Assembly: GCF_964204645.1 (NCBI RefSeq)
Contig: NC_134031.1
Span: 6,014,001-6,078,000 of the forward strand
Source: Tubulanus polymorphus
Taxonomy: Eukaryota > Animalia > Nemertea
DNA length: 64,000 nt
Reading direction: 5' to 3'
The translations under genes were made by a program, and so were the position numbers. Under the pieces are notes generated by a model that saw nothing but the letters and a program-made list of their open reading frames with translations, searched no databases and had not been told where the DNA came from. Of the stretch, positions 47,245-60,500 are shown one piece after another (within the stretch, counting starts at the first letter, position 1; the number at the start of each line of letters is the position of its first letter).

Positions 47245-48493
47245 TAGCCCACTTGGGACTTAAGTCCCAGCGGGCTATTACGTTCACTTTTCGTCCGCCG
47301 TCCGTCCGTCCGTTCGTCCGTCCATAGACGGAATCCAGTTATTTTGGGAAGTCTTGATATTTGGGTTACACATGTATCTACCCTAGACACATCTTCAGCC
47401 CAAAAACTGGCCCTGTCAGATTCAAGATGGCCGAATGGCAGCCATTGTTGTTCACCAAAATCAGCACTTTTTACACATTTTTGAACTTTTTGAGGGAAAT
47501 TTTGAAGACGCTTTGATCAATTACCTTGATCTTTCGGATATATGTGAATTCCCCCAGGGCCCATCAGCATAACAAAAATTGGGTCGATCGGACTCAAGAT
47601 GGCCGTCCTATGACCTTTTTAGTGCCCAAAAATGTTAATTTTGGCCCAAATTCTGAGTCCTGTAGCTTCCTACTGGTTTATCATTTCTCATTGCAATTTG
47701 TGATGGGTATTCTTTGGAAAGGGATGTTTTATACTTGAGACAGGTATTTTTCATCAGCCAATTATGACGCAATTGGCGGCCATCTTGGTGTCAGCAGTAC
47801 TCATTCGTAAGTGGGAAAAAGTTTTTCCACATTATATTGATACCTAAGCGTATTTTGTTACCACAATCAATTAGAAAGTTGTAGCTCATAACGTGTTCTA
47901 TGATTGTGGTGAGTTTCAAGGTCATTGGTTTTTGTATATGGCCACCAGGGGGCGTTGAATAATGCAATATCTTAGTATTTCTATATTATATTCGTATCAA
48001 TGCATATTTTGTAACCACAATCAATTGCAAAGTTGTAGCTCATGACATCGTCTATGATTGTGGCAAGTTTTAAGGCCATTAGTTATTCTATATGGTCACC
48101 AGGGGGCGTTGAATAGTAGAATAATTTAGTATTTTCTTATTATATTGGTACCTAGGCATATTTTGTTACCATGATCAATTACAAAGTTATAGTTCTTGAC
48201 ATGTTCTATGATTGTGGTGAGTTTCGAGGTCATTGGGTTTTGAATATGGTCACCAGGGGGCGTTGAATGGTAGAATAACTTAGTATTTCCATATTAAAGT
48301 GGTAACGAGGCATATTTTGTTATCACAATCAATTACAAAATCGTAGCTGCTGACATGTTCTATGATTGTGTTGAGTTTCAAGGTTATTGGATTCTGTATA
48401 TGGTCACCAGGGGGCGTTGAATATTGAAATTGTTAGATTGTTGAGCATTTGGAACCACTTCCCAAGTGGGCATGGTGTCCCTGGACCCCTAGT
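47245..48493 (+). mobile_element. HINE/DINE-1-like element, second copy
   Basis: Colinear, highly similar to 32485-33749; inserted in a T-run; longer (GTCC)n. Confidence 0.85.
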
Positions 48494-48646
48494 TTATTTC
48501 AAATTGTTTTTTGCTGGTTTTATTCTGTTATTTATTGTCGCTAAGAATGCTTTTCCGTCTCCCATTTATTAGGAAAAAAATTACTAGTGGTGATGAGTGA
48601 TTTGTCGTACTCTCGTACTCTGGTATGAAAGCCCACTTTCCCATTA

Positions 48647-49284
48647 GGCCACACCAAAAAAAATCATGTTTCTCGGGCGGGGCAATCACCAAAATGGGTA
48701 GGTCGGTAGGGAATTTTTTTTTCTTTTTATGGAAAAAAAAATTTCGGGTATTCTTCTGACAGTGGGTAGGTCACCGTAAATAATTTTTTACGGGACTAAA
48801 TTTCCAGTTAAAAATATGATTAGCAGCTAGACGAATACAATAATAAAGGGAAGTTGATGTTTTTGTATTATATTTCACACTTGGAGACTGTTTATAAAAA
48901 GAAAATCATCAAAATCTTGAATAGGCGTATAATACATTGTATACGGAATTCCTGGAATTTTACAATCCAAGGTCGCCATCAATATCTGATTAGCAACGTT
49001 GTCTGAGCACATAAGTACCATATCCATTATAAAATTGTTAAATCCGATGTAATAGAATATTTTTATCATGTCGTCTCGGTGCCGACATCCACGATTTCAC
49101 GAAAAAGAAAAAATATTTACGAAAATGGAGAGCTTTGTAGTCGATCGGCCACATATATAATGTATTTTTGAAAATAGTTATTTCATCCACAATTTTGAAA
49201 AAGGGTCGGTAGGCAATTTTATTTTATTTCGAAAATAATTTTTTGAAATGACGAAATATCGGGTTTTTTTCTTTTGGTGTGGCC
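48647..49284. mobile_element. Harbinger-type non-autonomous element
   Basis: TTA|GGCCACACCAAAA...TTTTGGTGTGGCC|TTA. Confidence 0.75.
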
Positions 49285-50471
49285 TTACTACCGATGATAG
49301 GCGATTTAAAGACATGATAGGCGCGGATTTAGAACACACGATAGCCGATGAGAACACAAAGAACATATCGTATTGCTTTCTGAATATATTATTCAAAAAC
49401 AAAAAACAAACTATGATGTATTATTAATTCATTTAAGATTTAAGAATTTATGTTTGTCCGTTTACAAAAACAATATCGCCTTGTAAGTATAATAATAAAG
49501 ATGCAATGATTGTAACTTATTTGAAAACATTGAAAGAATTGTTTACAATTAATAACAAGAAACATAAAAGTAACAAGATCAGGCAATGATACCAGTAGTA
49601 ATCATTATACCGGTTCTCATTATAATTAGGCCTTATATTATTAATTATATATATACCTATTATTAATTATACTCGCAATATAATTAATTCACAAAGTGCA
49701 CATACAATTTAAAAACATATCAGTCCAAGCTTATAAGTTGACATAGATAAATTAGACATATCGCAGTTGCGATAACACTGATTAATTAGTGAGACTTCAC
49801 ACGGCAGCTCGCGCCATTTTGCAGAGCTTCTCGGGACCTGTGGTGACAGGTCTGCATTAAAACTGATGAAATGAAGGAAAGCTTTAATTTATACGGTCTC
49901 TTTATAGTATTGAGTATAATATCAATTGCTAACCATAGATAGAGTTAATCTTAAGTTACTATAAATCAATAATTTTGCAACGCGTGGTTATTCTGCAGAG
50001 CCTTCGGGACCTATGGTGACAGGTCTGCATTAAAACTCATGAAAAAAAAACTTTACTTTTTAAGACCTCGATATAGCAATGAATACAATATCAATTGCTA
50101 ACCATAGATAGACTTAATCTTAAGTTACTATAAAACAATGATTATGAATGAAGCGAGACCTCAAACGGCCGCTCCGCGCCATTTTGCTGAGCTTCTCGGG
50201 ACCATTCGGGACCTGAGGCGCTTTTACGAAATTGAATCTGATTCGGTTTAGCTATATCCGATTCGATGTTGGAAAACGAAAGGATTAGTAAATCGAATCG
50301 TTTTTCGTAAATGAGTCGAATCAATTTATCAATTTAAAGGTCGCGATTCGAAAGAAAATGGGCGTCAATGGTGACCGAATTATTGATAGATGATGGCTGC
50401 AATTAGATGTCTTTAGCCCGCGGTCAAAGAGGACGCCATGTTGGATTTCACTGACTAAATCGCCACTTACT

Positions 50472-50692
50472 TACTGTCCCGTGAGAGGACCCGAATGAAC
50501 TAACTGTCCCGTGAGATGAACTGGTTTCAAATAATGTTCCGTGAGAGGGCCCGATTCAACACACTGTCCCATGAGAGGACCCGATTTTGAAATACTGTCC
50601 CGTGAGAGAACCCAATTCAACGCACTCTCCCGTGAGAGGACACTGTCCCGTGAGAGGGCTCGATTCAACACACTGTCCCGTGAGAGGACAGG
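50472..50692. repeat. ~30-bp minisatellite
   Basis: CACTGTCCCGTGAGAGGACCCGATTCAA units. Confidence 0.85.
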
Positions 50693-51543
50693 TTTCTACC
50701 CGGCCCCGATTTAGTTACTTGAGTCCTTCACCGTCGGTTGGCTGGATCCACTGTTCCATGATTGGGAGACTTAATGAAATTGTCCACTTTGTCAATGTTG
50801 AGTCCAATGTTCATAATGATAATGTATTTTTTTGCCATATATATATAAAATTTACAACAAGAAATTATCATCTCAACCATATGCGTACAATGATGGCTGG
50901 ATGTACGTGCTAAAAGCCAAATTAGCTACGAGTCCCCTTAAAACATAAAACAAATCGTATATATGTGAAATTATGTTCAGTTATTTATTTATCAAAATCT
51001 GTAAACCATATTACATTCGAAGACTATTATTCATATTTGAACATAAACAACATATGTTGGAATTCGAAATAAATTTAACATTTTAGATTACTAAATCTTT
51101 GTCGCCAAACTAAATTATAACTTATCATTTAATTATTACTTAACACGGTAAAAAAAGGTTATCATCAATTCTTTCATATTTCCCCTTTTATTCTTCCGCA
51201 ATATTTCCCAATTCCGGATAGATGTATTATAATTGGAACCAAAAATTATCAATTTCATATTGGATGACACAAAACGCCTTGTCTGTAAAGACACAATACA
51301 AAAAAAAATATTTAACACGAAGTAGTTAGTACACAGCATAAGACATCAACAACAAACACAGGCAGATAAAACGATCAAACGGTTAGTAACACCATTGGCA
51401 CCAAACTTGTCAAGATACATTCACTTTATTATCGATAGTATGAGTAAGTCTATACACTAAAAATTGAAATTTTCGATAGCTGTGGATCCGTCTTCTATTG
51501 ATCCGATCTTCATTACTACATTTAATGTTTCGATTTGATGATA

Positions 51544-51551
51544 TCATGGAG
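51544..51551 (-). CDS. probable terminal coding segment of the TSP1/F-lectin gene (Ala-Pro-stop)
   Basis: ttttattatttcAG|CT CCA TGA in phase 1; AATAAA on the minus strand at 51425-51430 and further downstream. Confidence 0.55.
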
Positions 51552-54500
51552 CTGAAATAATAAAATTACGAATAAATTTCGATTATTAACATGTTCTTAA
51601 CATTACTTTGAGTGTATTTAGTAAACAATCGAGTGCAGTTACTTTCGACATTGGCCACAGAAAAATGAAGCAAACAAACAACAATAACACAGTCAATTTT
51701 TGTATTGTACAAGTGCTTATATTTAATTGCATGCCCGCGGGTCTACTGAATGAAAAAACTTAAGAAATAATTTAGAAATTTAGAAATAAGTTGCTCCCCA
51801 AAACCTATAAAATCAAACTACATCGACTCATTTAATCGAAACTGAAACAATCATTTTTGCTATTTTCACGCTTCCTCGAAATGAAGTCAAAGGAAACGAA
51901 CCTGGCACTATTTTTGTCATCGTAAATGTGGTTATCATTTCGTTCAAAATGGTGTTTAAATTAAGTTCATCGAGCAATGGACTGCAGAGCTAATTGGAAT
52001 TCAATCAAAACTTATGTTTCAAAAAGGAGGAGTGTGAAAATTGTCACAGCAATGGGGACCTCGAGGGACCGCCACAAAATGGCGCCTAGAAACTGGAAAC
52101 TTCTCTATTGCGGTGACTTATTCGTGGAAAGTTTCTTTACTTCTCGGCAACTCACCTTGACACGGCGGTGTGGAACATCTTATTGCATTCGTAGTATAAC
52201 CCTCACAATCTTTTCCATTTCCAGATGGACTTGGGTTGGTACACGTTCTAGTGCGTTTCAGAATCCCTCCACCGCATGATCTGGAACACTGGCTCCACGG
52301 ACCCCAGTCGCTCAAGCCGCCATCGATGTCTATTGGAAATAGAAAACATCAAGAAAATAGTAATCAACTTGCTGTTACACATAATAAAACGTTAGGTCCT
52401 GTGTCAAAACAAGGTTCTGGAACACTGACTCCGCGTGATGCACCCCAGTCGCTTAAGAAATTCAAAAATACCAATCAGTTAAATATACTGTATTTGCTAT
52501 ACATAATAAAAACGTAGCCTATGTTAAAGAAAAATCTCTAGTTCAGTGCAGCAGTCACGCTATAGTCAATCATTGTAGAATCTGAGCCCAATTCTGTGTC
52601 ATTTTGAATTGTCAAATCAAAAATTGACAGGCCGGGGTCCAGAATAAGAGAAGAGGCATTTTGTCGGATAAAGCAGGCACAGGCCTCTATTGGGGTTTTG
52701 CCTGACTTCCGCCCTAAGTTGAGGTAGGCCACTAGTCTTTGAATTAAGCCAATTAGATGCGCTGATTTTCACCAGCCACATCGCTATGCATCTAGTTGGC
52801 TAGATTTATAGACTCTAGGGCACCTAGTGGCAACCTATCTGCCCACGAAATCTTGGGCAATGTAATACACAAATGAAGGGTTTGTGTTGTTGGCGTGAGC
52901 CTCGGCGGGCGGTTATCAAATCCTGGCAAGCGAGGATGGGTAAACCATACAGCTGCGTACAAGGAGGGGTGTGAAAATGGAGGATTTATGCGTTTGTATG
53001 TGGATGGTTTGGTTGCCGCCCACCGAGTTTACATCTAATAAAACCTTGGCTGCAAACCCTCCATTGATCTATTACACCGCCAAAAATGTCTTGGGCCACC
53101 AGTCTAAATATCTAGCAAATATGATTCTTTGAATTGATAATAAGTAATGTGAAATACAACGTATCTGATAAGTTTAGCTAGATATCGACTGGTGGCCGCT
53201 GAGCTGTCCGCCCAAAAAGATTTGATGGTTCCCCTTCTCTGGTTATCAATGTATACAGATAATAGTATCAGAATGAATTGTTTTTTCAACGACTGTGGAT
53301 TTTGGTCATGCACTTATGAAATATTGATTGATATCAGTATCTACCGGTCATTATCGTAACGGCTTATTCGTCGTCAAAGATGCTCATATAGCGTGGCTTT
53401 TGCTGAAATACTCACCGGGACACGATGCCTGTGTACATTGTGACGTTTCAGTCTCGATGCTAACTGGAATACCAGACCCTTTTAGTGGGCAGGAGAGGCC
53501 ACCATTTGATGGCGGCGGATTGTTACACATCCGTTGACGAGTTTTGACACCCGAACCACAGATTTTGGAACATGTAGACCAGCCGCCCCAAATACCCCAG
53601 TTTCCATTAACTACAAATGAAAAAGAATAATGAGAAATAACGAGCATCTTATAAATGATAATTTCGCGTACAATGAAGTGAGATACAAGTGTTTAAGCTA
53701 CGCTGGGTTCAAACGAATCCCTGCGAACAAAAACAGCCCCCGCCCTGCTCGTGGGTCTACTGAATGAAAAAACTTTATTTAGCTCCCCAAAACCTATAAA
53801 ATCAAACTATATGTTTTGGAACACTGGCTCCACGGACCCCAGTCGCTATAGCCGCCATCGATGTCTATTGGAATTAGAAAATATCATGAAAATAGTAATC
53901 AACTTGCTGCTATACATAATCAAACGTTAAGTCCTATGTCGAAACAAGGTTCTGGAACACTGACGACTCCGCGTGATGCACCCCAGTCGCTTAAGAAATT
54001 CGAAAATACCAATCAACTATACATATACTGTATTTGGTTTACATAACGAAGCGGAGCCTATTCAGAAGCGCATATTTTCGAAAAAAAAATGATTACTTAA
54101 ATGTCACCAAACGAATAGAAATAAGTTAAAATATTTTATTTCCATCTGTAAACATGTCACGTGATGCCAAAAATGGCGGACACATTTCTATATTTCTTTA
54201 GCGCTTATCAGGGCGACATACCAACAGTCACATCATCAACTGCACCGTTGACTTTGACCTCACAAAGAGTCAAAGGGTCACCGCTTTCTGATCTAATAGC
54301 CACGTATCTTCCTTCCAATTTGGCCGGACATGTGAATTCAACAGTGGCGCCGGCACCAAGACTATCGGTGTTTGTGGAGCATACTTGACCGGGTGTGAAA
54401 GATGCTTGCTGGTCGAACGGAGTGGGAGACACCAGTATCTTGAAGTTACGAAGTCTCGAACCTTTAGGAATGAATGAGAAAGATTGAATATAAATGTAAT

Positions 54501-57500
54501 TACGAAACATGATATGTTGCCCATCAAAACTTCGAACTTGAACACTTGTTGCATCATCAATTCATTTCTAATCACAGCATAGTTCAAATCGAGCAAACCG
54601 GGTTTCAGATGGGCCACGTGGGTTCGACTGACGTTAGCTAGTCCACGGCTCCAATTTTTCAGTAAAAAGTCAAGGGCATTATACTTACTACAACAATCTA
54701 CGCGATTTACCAACGTAACGCTGCGAACTGTGTAAGGCTTTCCGAGATCGACCTTCCACCAGGTTATTGGTGCTGCCAACGTATGTGTACACGAGTTGCC
54801 AAAGTAGTCGGCGTTCGTGTCTCCATCGATCGCTCTCGCAGCGTCATCCGCGGGAGCTTTTGGATTCGAAGGGCTTTGTTCGACTGTCTTTCCTTTCAAA
54901 TCGATCTCGTCTGCGACAAAAATAACAGAAATTTCTTACAGTTTTGAAATTTTGTAATTTTGAAATTTCTCTATAATACACCGCACAAAAACAAAGCGAG
55001 GTAGCACAATTTTGTTGAACGATTTCATTTTTTCAAACAGTAGGCCATACAAAGAAATACCCTAGTTTCTCATCGGATGTTTTTCTAGAAAGTGACTAGG
55101 GCAGGCGAATTTTATTTTTTATTGCTTTTTTTAAATAAAAAAGCTCAACCTGAGACTTATAAAACAGAGGCGGAAGGGAAGTTTTTTTTTACAAATGTCA
55201 GTAATCTAAGTAGAACATATGCAAAAAAAACTTTATTTAGAAATAAGTAGCTCCCCAAAACCTATAAAATCAAACTATATCGACTCATTTAATCGATATT
55301 GAAACAATCATTTTTGCTATTTTCACGCTTCCTCGAAATGAAGTCAAAGGAAACGAACCGGCGCTGTTTTTGTCATCGTAAATGTGGATTACCAACCAGT
55401 ACGTCGAGGATGAGCATATAAACACCCGCAGAAAAGAAATTCCACTGTCGCACACTATACAGCTATGCGGGCGAGCGGGTTTTGATTTAAAAAAAAGACG
55501 ATTGATGCTTTACCGAAGCGGGCGAGCGCATTTGTCATTTTAATTTCTATTAAGGACTTCTTTCATGACGCGGGCGGCATTTGCCTTTCTTGAGAAACTA
55601 GGGTATCTCTTTGTGTGGCCTTATATCTGGGCTGATATTTGAGGTAAACGCAAACGATAAACAGCATATGAAAGAAGAGAATCTCAGCTATGGATTTTTC
55701 ATTAAATCATCCGTGCATAACTTCAAGCTTGAATGCACGATCTTCCACCAATAAGAATACTCGATTTTTGAATGCTGAAGAATGTGTCATTGAGCGGGTA
55801 CTACTCGACCATTTTAATTTGAAAAATTGTGTTCACAAGGATAAAGGATGTCGTTTATTTATCATCCCGTGAATTCCGTTGCACAAATCCGACCTACATG
55901 TTAACGGTGGCTCAATGTTCAGTATTTTCGACAACATTTTTTTAACTTTACCTAACTTTTTCGCTCAGTTTATCACGTGTGCGTGTGAATTGGTTAAATT
56001 TGAATACGAACCTGGTTTCGCGATACCAGTTTTAGTTCCCATCACGCGAACCTCGCAAAGAGTTAACTTATCACCGCTCGTGGACAACACAGTCACGTAA
56101 CGACCTGATTTTTTGCCGGAAGCGCACTTGTACTTTTTCACTTGCCCGGCGCTCGGGCCAGCGGGCGGCTCGGCGCAGACTGCTGCTTGGTTGCCATCTT
56201 TAGATCTTATCGGTTTGTCGGAGACGTATATTGTAAATTCTTTCAGGCCTAGAAAATAATACATCGAAAAACCGTAGTGAATAGGCTACACGTGATTTTA
56301 AAATTTACACAGAACTATATAGACTGATCAAGAACTATTGGATTGGTATCTTTAAGGCCTTCTAAAGCCTTAACTTGACCCAAGTCCTGTAGTTCCTAAG
56401 GTTTTGCACTTGACTTGAACTAGTTAATTTCGAACGTTTAAACCTTAGAAAGCTTAGCCCCCCCCCCTTAATTCTACTCCCCCTTAAGACTAGCACCAAC
56501 TTACTACAACATGAATTGGTGTCTTTAATCCGAAAGTCCAGATTCATGGAAAAGTAAAACTCAAATTGTTGGTTTAATTGCTATAATTGTTAATTCATGT
56601 TTTCAACGAGGACAACAATCAAAACTTTGGCTCAAACTATTTCATGTAGGCCCTGGGCCCTAACTAGACACAGTTCGGCAGTTTTTGGTCCGAGTTGAAT
56701 GAGTGCATTTTAAATGTATTAGCCCTAGAAATCTGAGCCCACTTTTTTGGTGGGACTGGCGCCGAAACTTACCGCAGCAATCTTTGCGGCTTGAAATCGC
56801 GACTGCGGTGACGTCATGGGTGGCTCCGAGATCAACACTCCACCAGTTGATATTGTTGCCTCCTGCAACCGGAAGATCTGTTTGGATACAACTTCCTCCA
56901 GACCAATTGGGATCGTTGTTATCGTCGACGGCTCGGCTGGACACGCCTCCTTCAGCGACACTACTCTGATAGGTCAGTTTCCCCGTTAAGTCTAACGAGT
57001 CTATGAAATTACATTACAGATTGAATCGTAATTATTCTTATGCTCAATTTCATTCCGAAAAATTTCTTTGTATTCGTACACGCCACGTTGCGGTTCATAC
57101 ACATTAAACTTACCGAATGGCTCGCGCACGATCACTTCGCACAGCGTCAAAACTCCAACTGTCGTCCGCACGACTATGACGTATCTTCCAGTCAGAGGTT
57201 TCGGACATTGGAAAGTTTTACGAGGTCCCATGGCAACGGCTTGCTGTTGGGCACATCTATCCCCGACGGGAATGTTGCTGTACACGGTTGGAACCGTTTT
57301 GGTTACATAAATGTCGAACGATTGAAGGCGCTCAGCTGAAAGTAAATAGCAGGAAATAAGGATAGTTTTGATAGAGATTAGCCGGCACTGGTGTGGAGGA
57401 TGCGTATACAGAATTTGAAAGATTAAAAACAAATTATATTCATCAGAAATTTACATCAAAATACTCAACGTTTCGAACTCTCATCGGTCAGAGACCATCG

Positions 57501-60500
57501 TCAGGGGCCAGTTTTACAGACTGGTAACAGTGGAACATCGTTATTACGAACTCGGAAATAACAATTCATCGCATAGAATTTCGTCGCAGGTAAGACATGG
57601 AAGTGGAACTTATTTCATGAGGGTGGAATTTTTAGTGTGAAGGTAAAACCTTTTATATAATGTCGAGTCGTGGGAGGTGGCACTCCCCTAGCAAAATCTT
57701 TGAAAATTAGATGCAAAGAGAAGCAATTCTTCACAACTTCTAGCATATTTCGCGTAAGAATTCTAATTTTTTAACCTAACCTTCTTTTGTAAATATCTTT
57801 GTTCATTGTGACATGTTTTATAACCAAAATTTCTCGATTTCACGCATGATTTTATTACGTTCACATTCTAATCTAATTCGACCTTTTCATCCTCTGTACT
57901 TTTTGTATTCTGTCACATTGTACACGATTGTCTAAGTTACAAAATATCAACCGTATTTATTCCAAATAAACTGAAATTGAAATCTTTTAGTTTGAAATAA
58001 GCGAGTGCATATTTTGAATGGAAATAACGAATGAAAAACTTTTATCAAGGTAATGTATTGAAATCGATGCTCAAATTATCTTCTTAGGGCCGGCAACTGA
58101 GCGGAACTTTGTCAATGAGCGGGAGCATGCGCTCCAACACCACCTAACCCACCCCGACCCCCCAAATACAGGCCTGGTTGCTTGACATAAAGAACGTTCG
58201 CCAGACGGTTATACTAACAGAATCGCAGACGATTGACCAACGTCACTTCCGATATCGGTAGTTCCTCGCTCAGATCTAACTGCCACCAGTCTCGATCTTT
58301 TCCGTCGGTGTGGGTGCAACTCTTTTTAGCGGTGTAATCCGAATCATCATCACCGTCGATAGCGAGCGACGCGTCGCCCTTAAACGCGGTCGAAATCTGC
58401 GTAGCAATCCTGCCGGAGGTGGTATCGACGACAACTAAAGTTAGAGATAAGAAAAAATTTTAAGTGAAATCGTCACGGAAAATATTCCAGAGATACTAAC
58501 GCCTAGTATAATACTGACGCCTTGAAAATTAACAAGTATATTGCTTAATATCGTAAGATATAACAAAAAGGGATACAAATTGTTGTAGAATATATGTTAT
58601 TCGGGATATCAATAAAGTTATTTTTCGAACATATCAATGATTTATGGTGGCTGATAAGGGCCATAGCGTAAAATTCCTGGTATGTAAATGAGGGCACCAG
58701 AATACCAGAACGCCAAAACGAAAAAAAAACATCAGATTTTCTCTGAAATCTCGTTTTGGCACGCCAAAACATAGAATATTCCGTTTTGGCGCGGTTATTT
58801 GCGTTTTGGCGCCCCCGTCAAAACAAGCCTTCAACCACAGTAAAATTATTTTTCAATTTGGTGCCTTGATCTTGTGTGTAATTTGCATAAATTTGAATAT
58901 ATAAAATTATTTTACGTGGTTGAAAGTTCGTTTTGGCGGGGGCGCCAAAATGAAAGTTCGTTTTGGCGGGGCACCAAAACGGAATTTCCTTTGTTTTGGC
59001 GCGCCAAAACGAACTTTAAGAGAAATTTCGACGTTTTTCGTTGTTTTGGCGGGGGGTCAAAACGGAATATTCTTTGTTTTGGCGCGCCAAAAAGAACTTT
59101 CAGAGAAAATTTGACGTTTTTTTCAATTTGGCGTTCTGGCGCCCTCATTTACATACCAGGAATTTTACGCTATGGCCCTTATCAGCCACCATAATGATTG
59201 AATTGAATTGACCGGTAACAAGTCTATCCTCGATATGTTGATGACGTATTGCGCGCATGTTCTCAAAAAATAATTGTGAAAATTGATCAAAAATGAAGGA
59301 TATGAAATCAATATATTTGTTTTCAGAAAAAACGTCAAAGTCGAAATGGTTCTCTTGAAACGCCGCTATTGATGACGCAGTGCACATCGACTCACACAGA
59401 ACATCTTTAAATATCTAAGCGACGCATTATACCAAGTATCAATGTATATAAACATTATTGCAACGGTTTTTATGACGTCATCAGCATTTGAAATATCGAT
59501 GCCATCTACTTGTAACATCTAATAATGACAATATAGTACTTACGTGGACAGGGTATTTTAGTAGCGCAGACCTCCTTCTCGACAGCAGGTCCTATTTTTC
59601 TACAGTCGGCTCCGCACGCGGTTGGTTTAGGGTTCGTGCAGGTTCTTGAGCGAGTCCTGTGTCCGGAGCCGCACGACCTGCTACAATCAGACCACGCGCC
59701 CCACAACGAATAACCACCGTTCACTTTTTCGAAAAATGAAATCAACAAAAATTTATTTTGGAATACGTTAAATCAAAAACATTACGTAAAATATATTACC
59801 TACAAAGTCGAACGCACGCGGCAAAACTCAATCAAAACGGCAAAACATTCTCAAAACGTTTCGAGTAAAAGTTTTTCCCGCAAACGATAAAAATGTTCAA
59901 CGCACACGACATAACTAAAACACATCATCAAAAACGTTTTTTCCTTGCCGTGTGCGTTGGGTTTGAATGACGATTATCTAGAAGTTAATGTATTCATCAA
60001 CACGTCTATCATGAAATTTTAGCGCAAACCCAAATTGGAAATAATGGTGTTCAACCTGAACAAAATTGGGAAACATAGGTTACAACAAATACTTATTTAA
60101 AATGAATTGAAGAAGCCGAGAATCACCGGCAAAAATCTGCATTTCATTTCCTTCAAAATGGTGTTTAAATTAAGTTCATCGAGCAATGGACTGCAGAGCT
60201 AATTGGAATGCAATCAGGACTTTTGTTTCAAAAAGGAGGAGTGTGAAAATTGTCACAACAATGAGGACCTCGAGGGACCGCCACAAAATGGCGCCTAGAA
60301 ACTGGAAACTTCTCTATTGCGGTGACTTATTCGTGGAAAGTTTCTTTACTTCTCGGCAACTCACCTTGACACGGATGTGTGGAACATTTTTCTACATTCC
60401 AATATTGACCAACACAAGCTTTTCCATTTCCAGATTGACTTGGATTGTTACACGTTCTAATGCGTGTACGAGTACCTCCACCGCATGTTCTGGTACACTG

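Larger units (their letters stand above)
51943..53713. repeat. intragenic segmental duplication, copy 1 (paralogue at about 60152-62682)
   Basis: Colinear near-identical introns plus the type-A and type-B TSP1 exons; the other copy carries extra insertions. Confidence 0.92.

Noticed and set aside
51977-52517. Duplicated plus-strand ORFs (MDCRANWN.., MSIGNRKH..) as a small gene family
   Set aside because: Antisense readings of the duplicated TSP1 exon and its introns
56362-56547. Possible extra lectin exon (..SCC then GTAAGT, minus strand)
   Set aside because: The nearest upstream acceptor gives an in-frame stop and the segment abuts a MITE; the flanking exons join in frame without it
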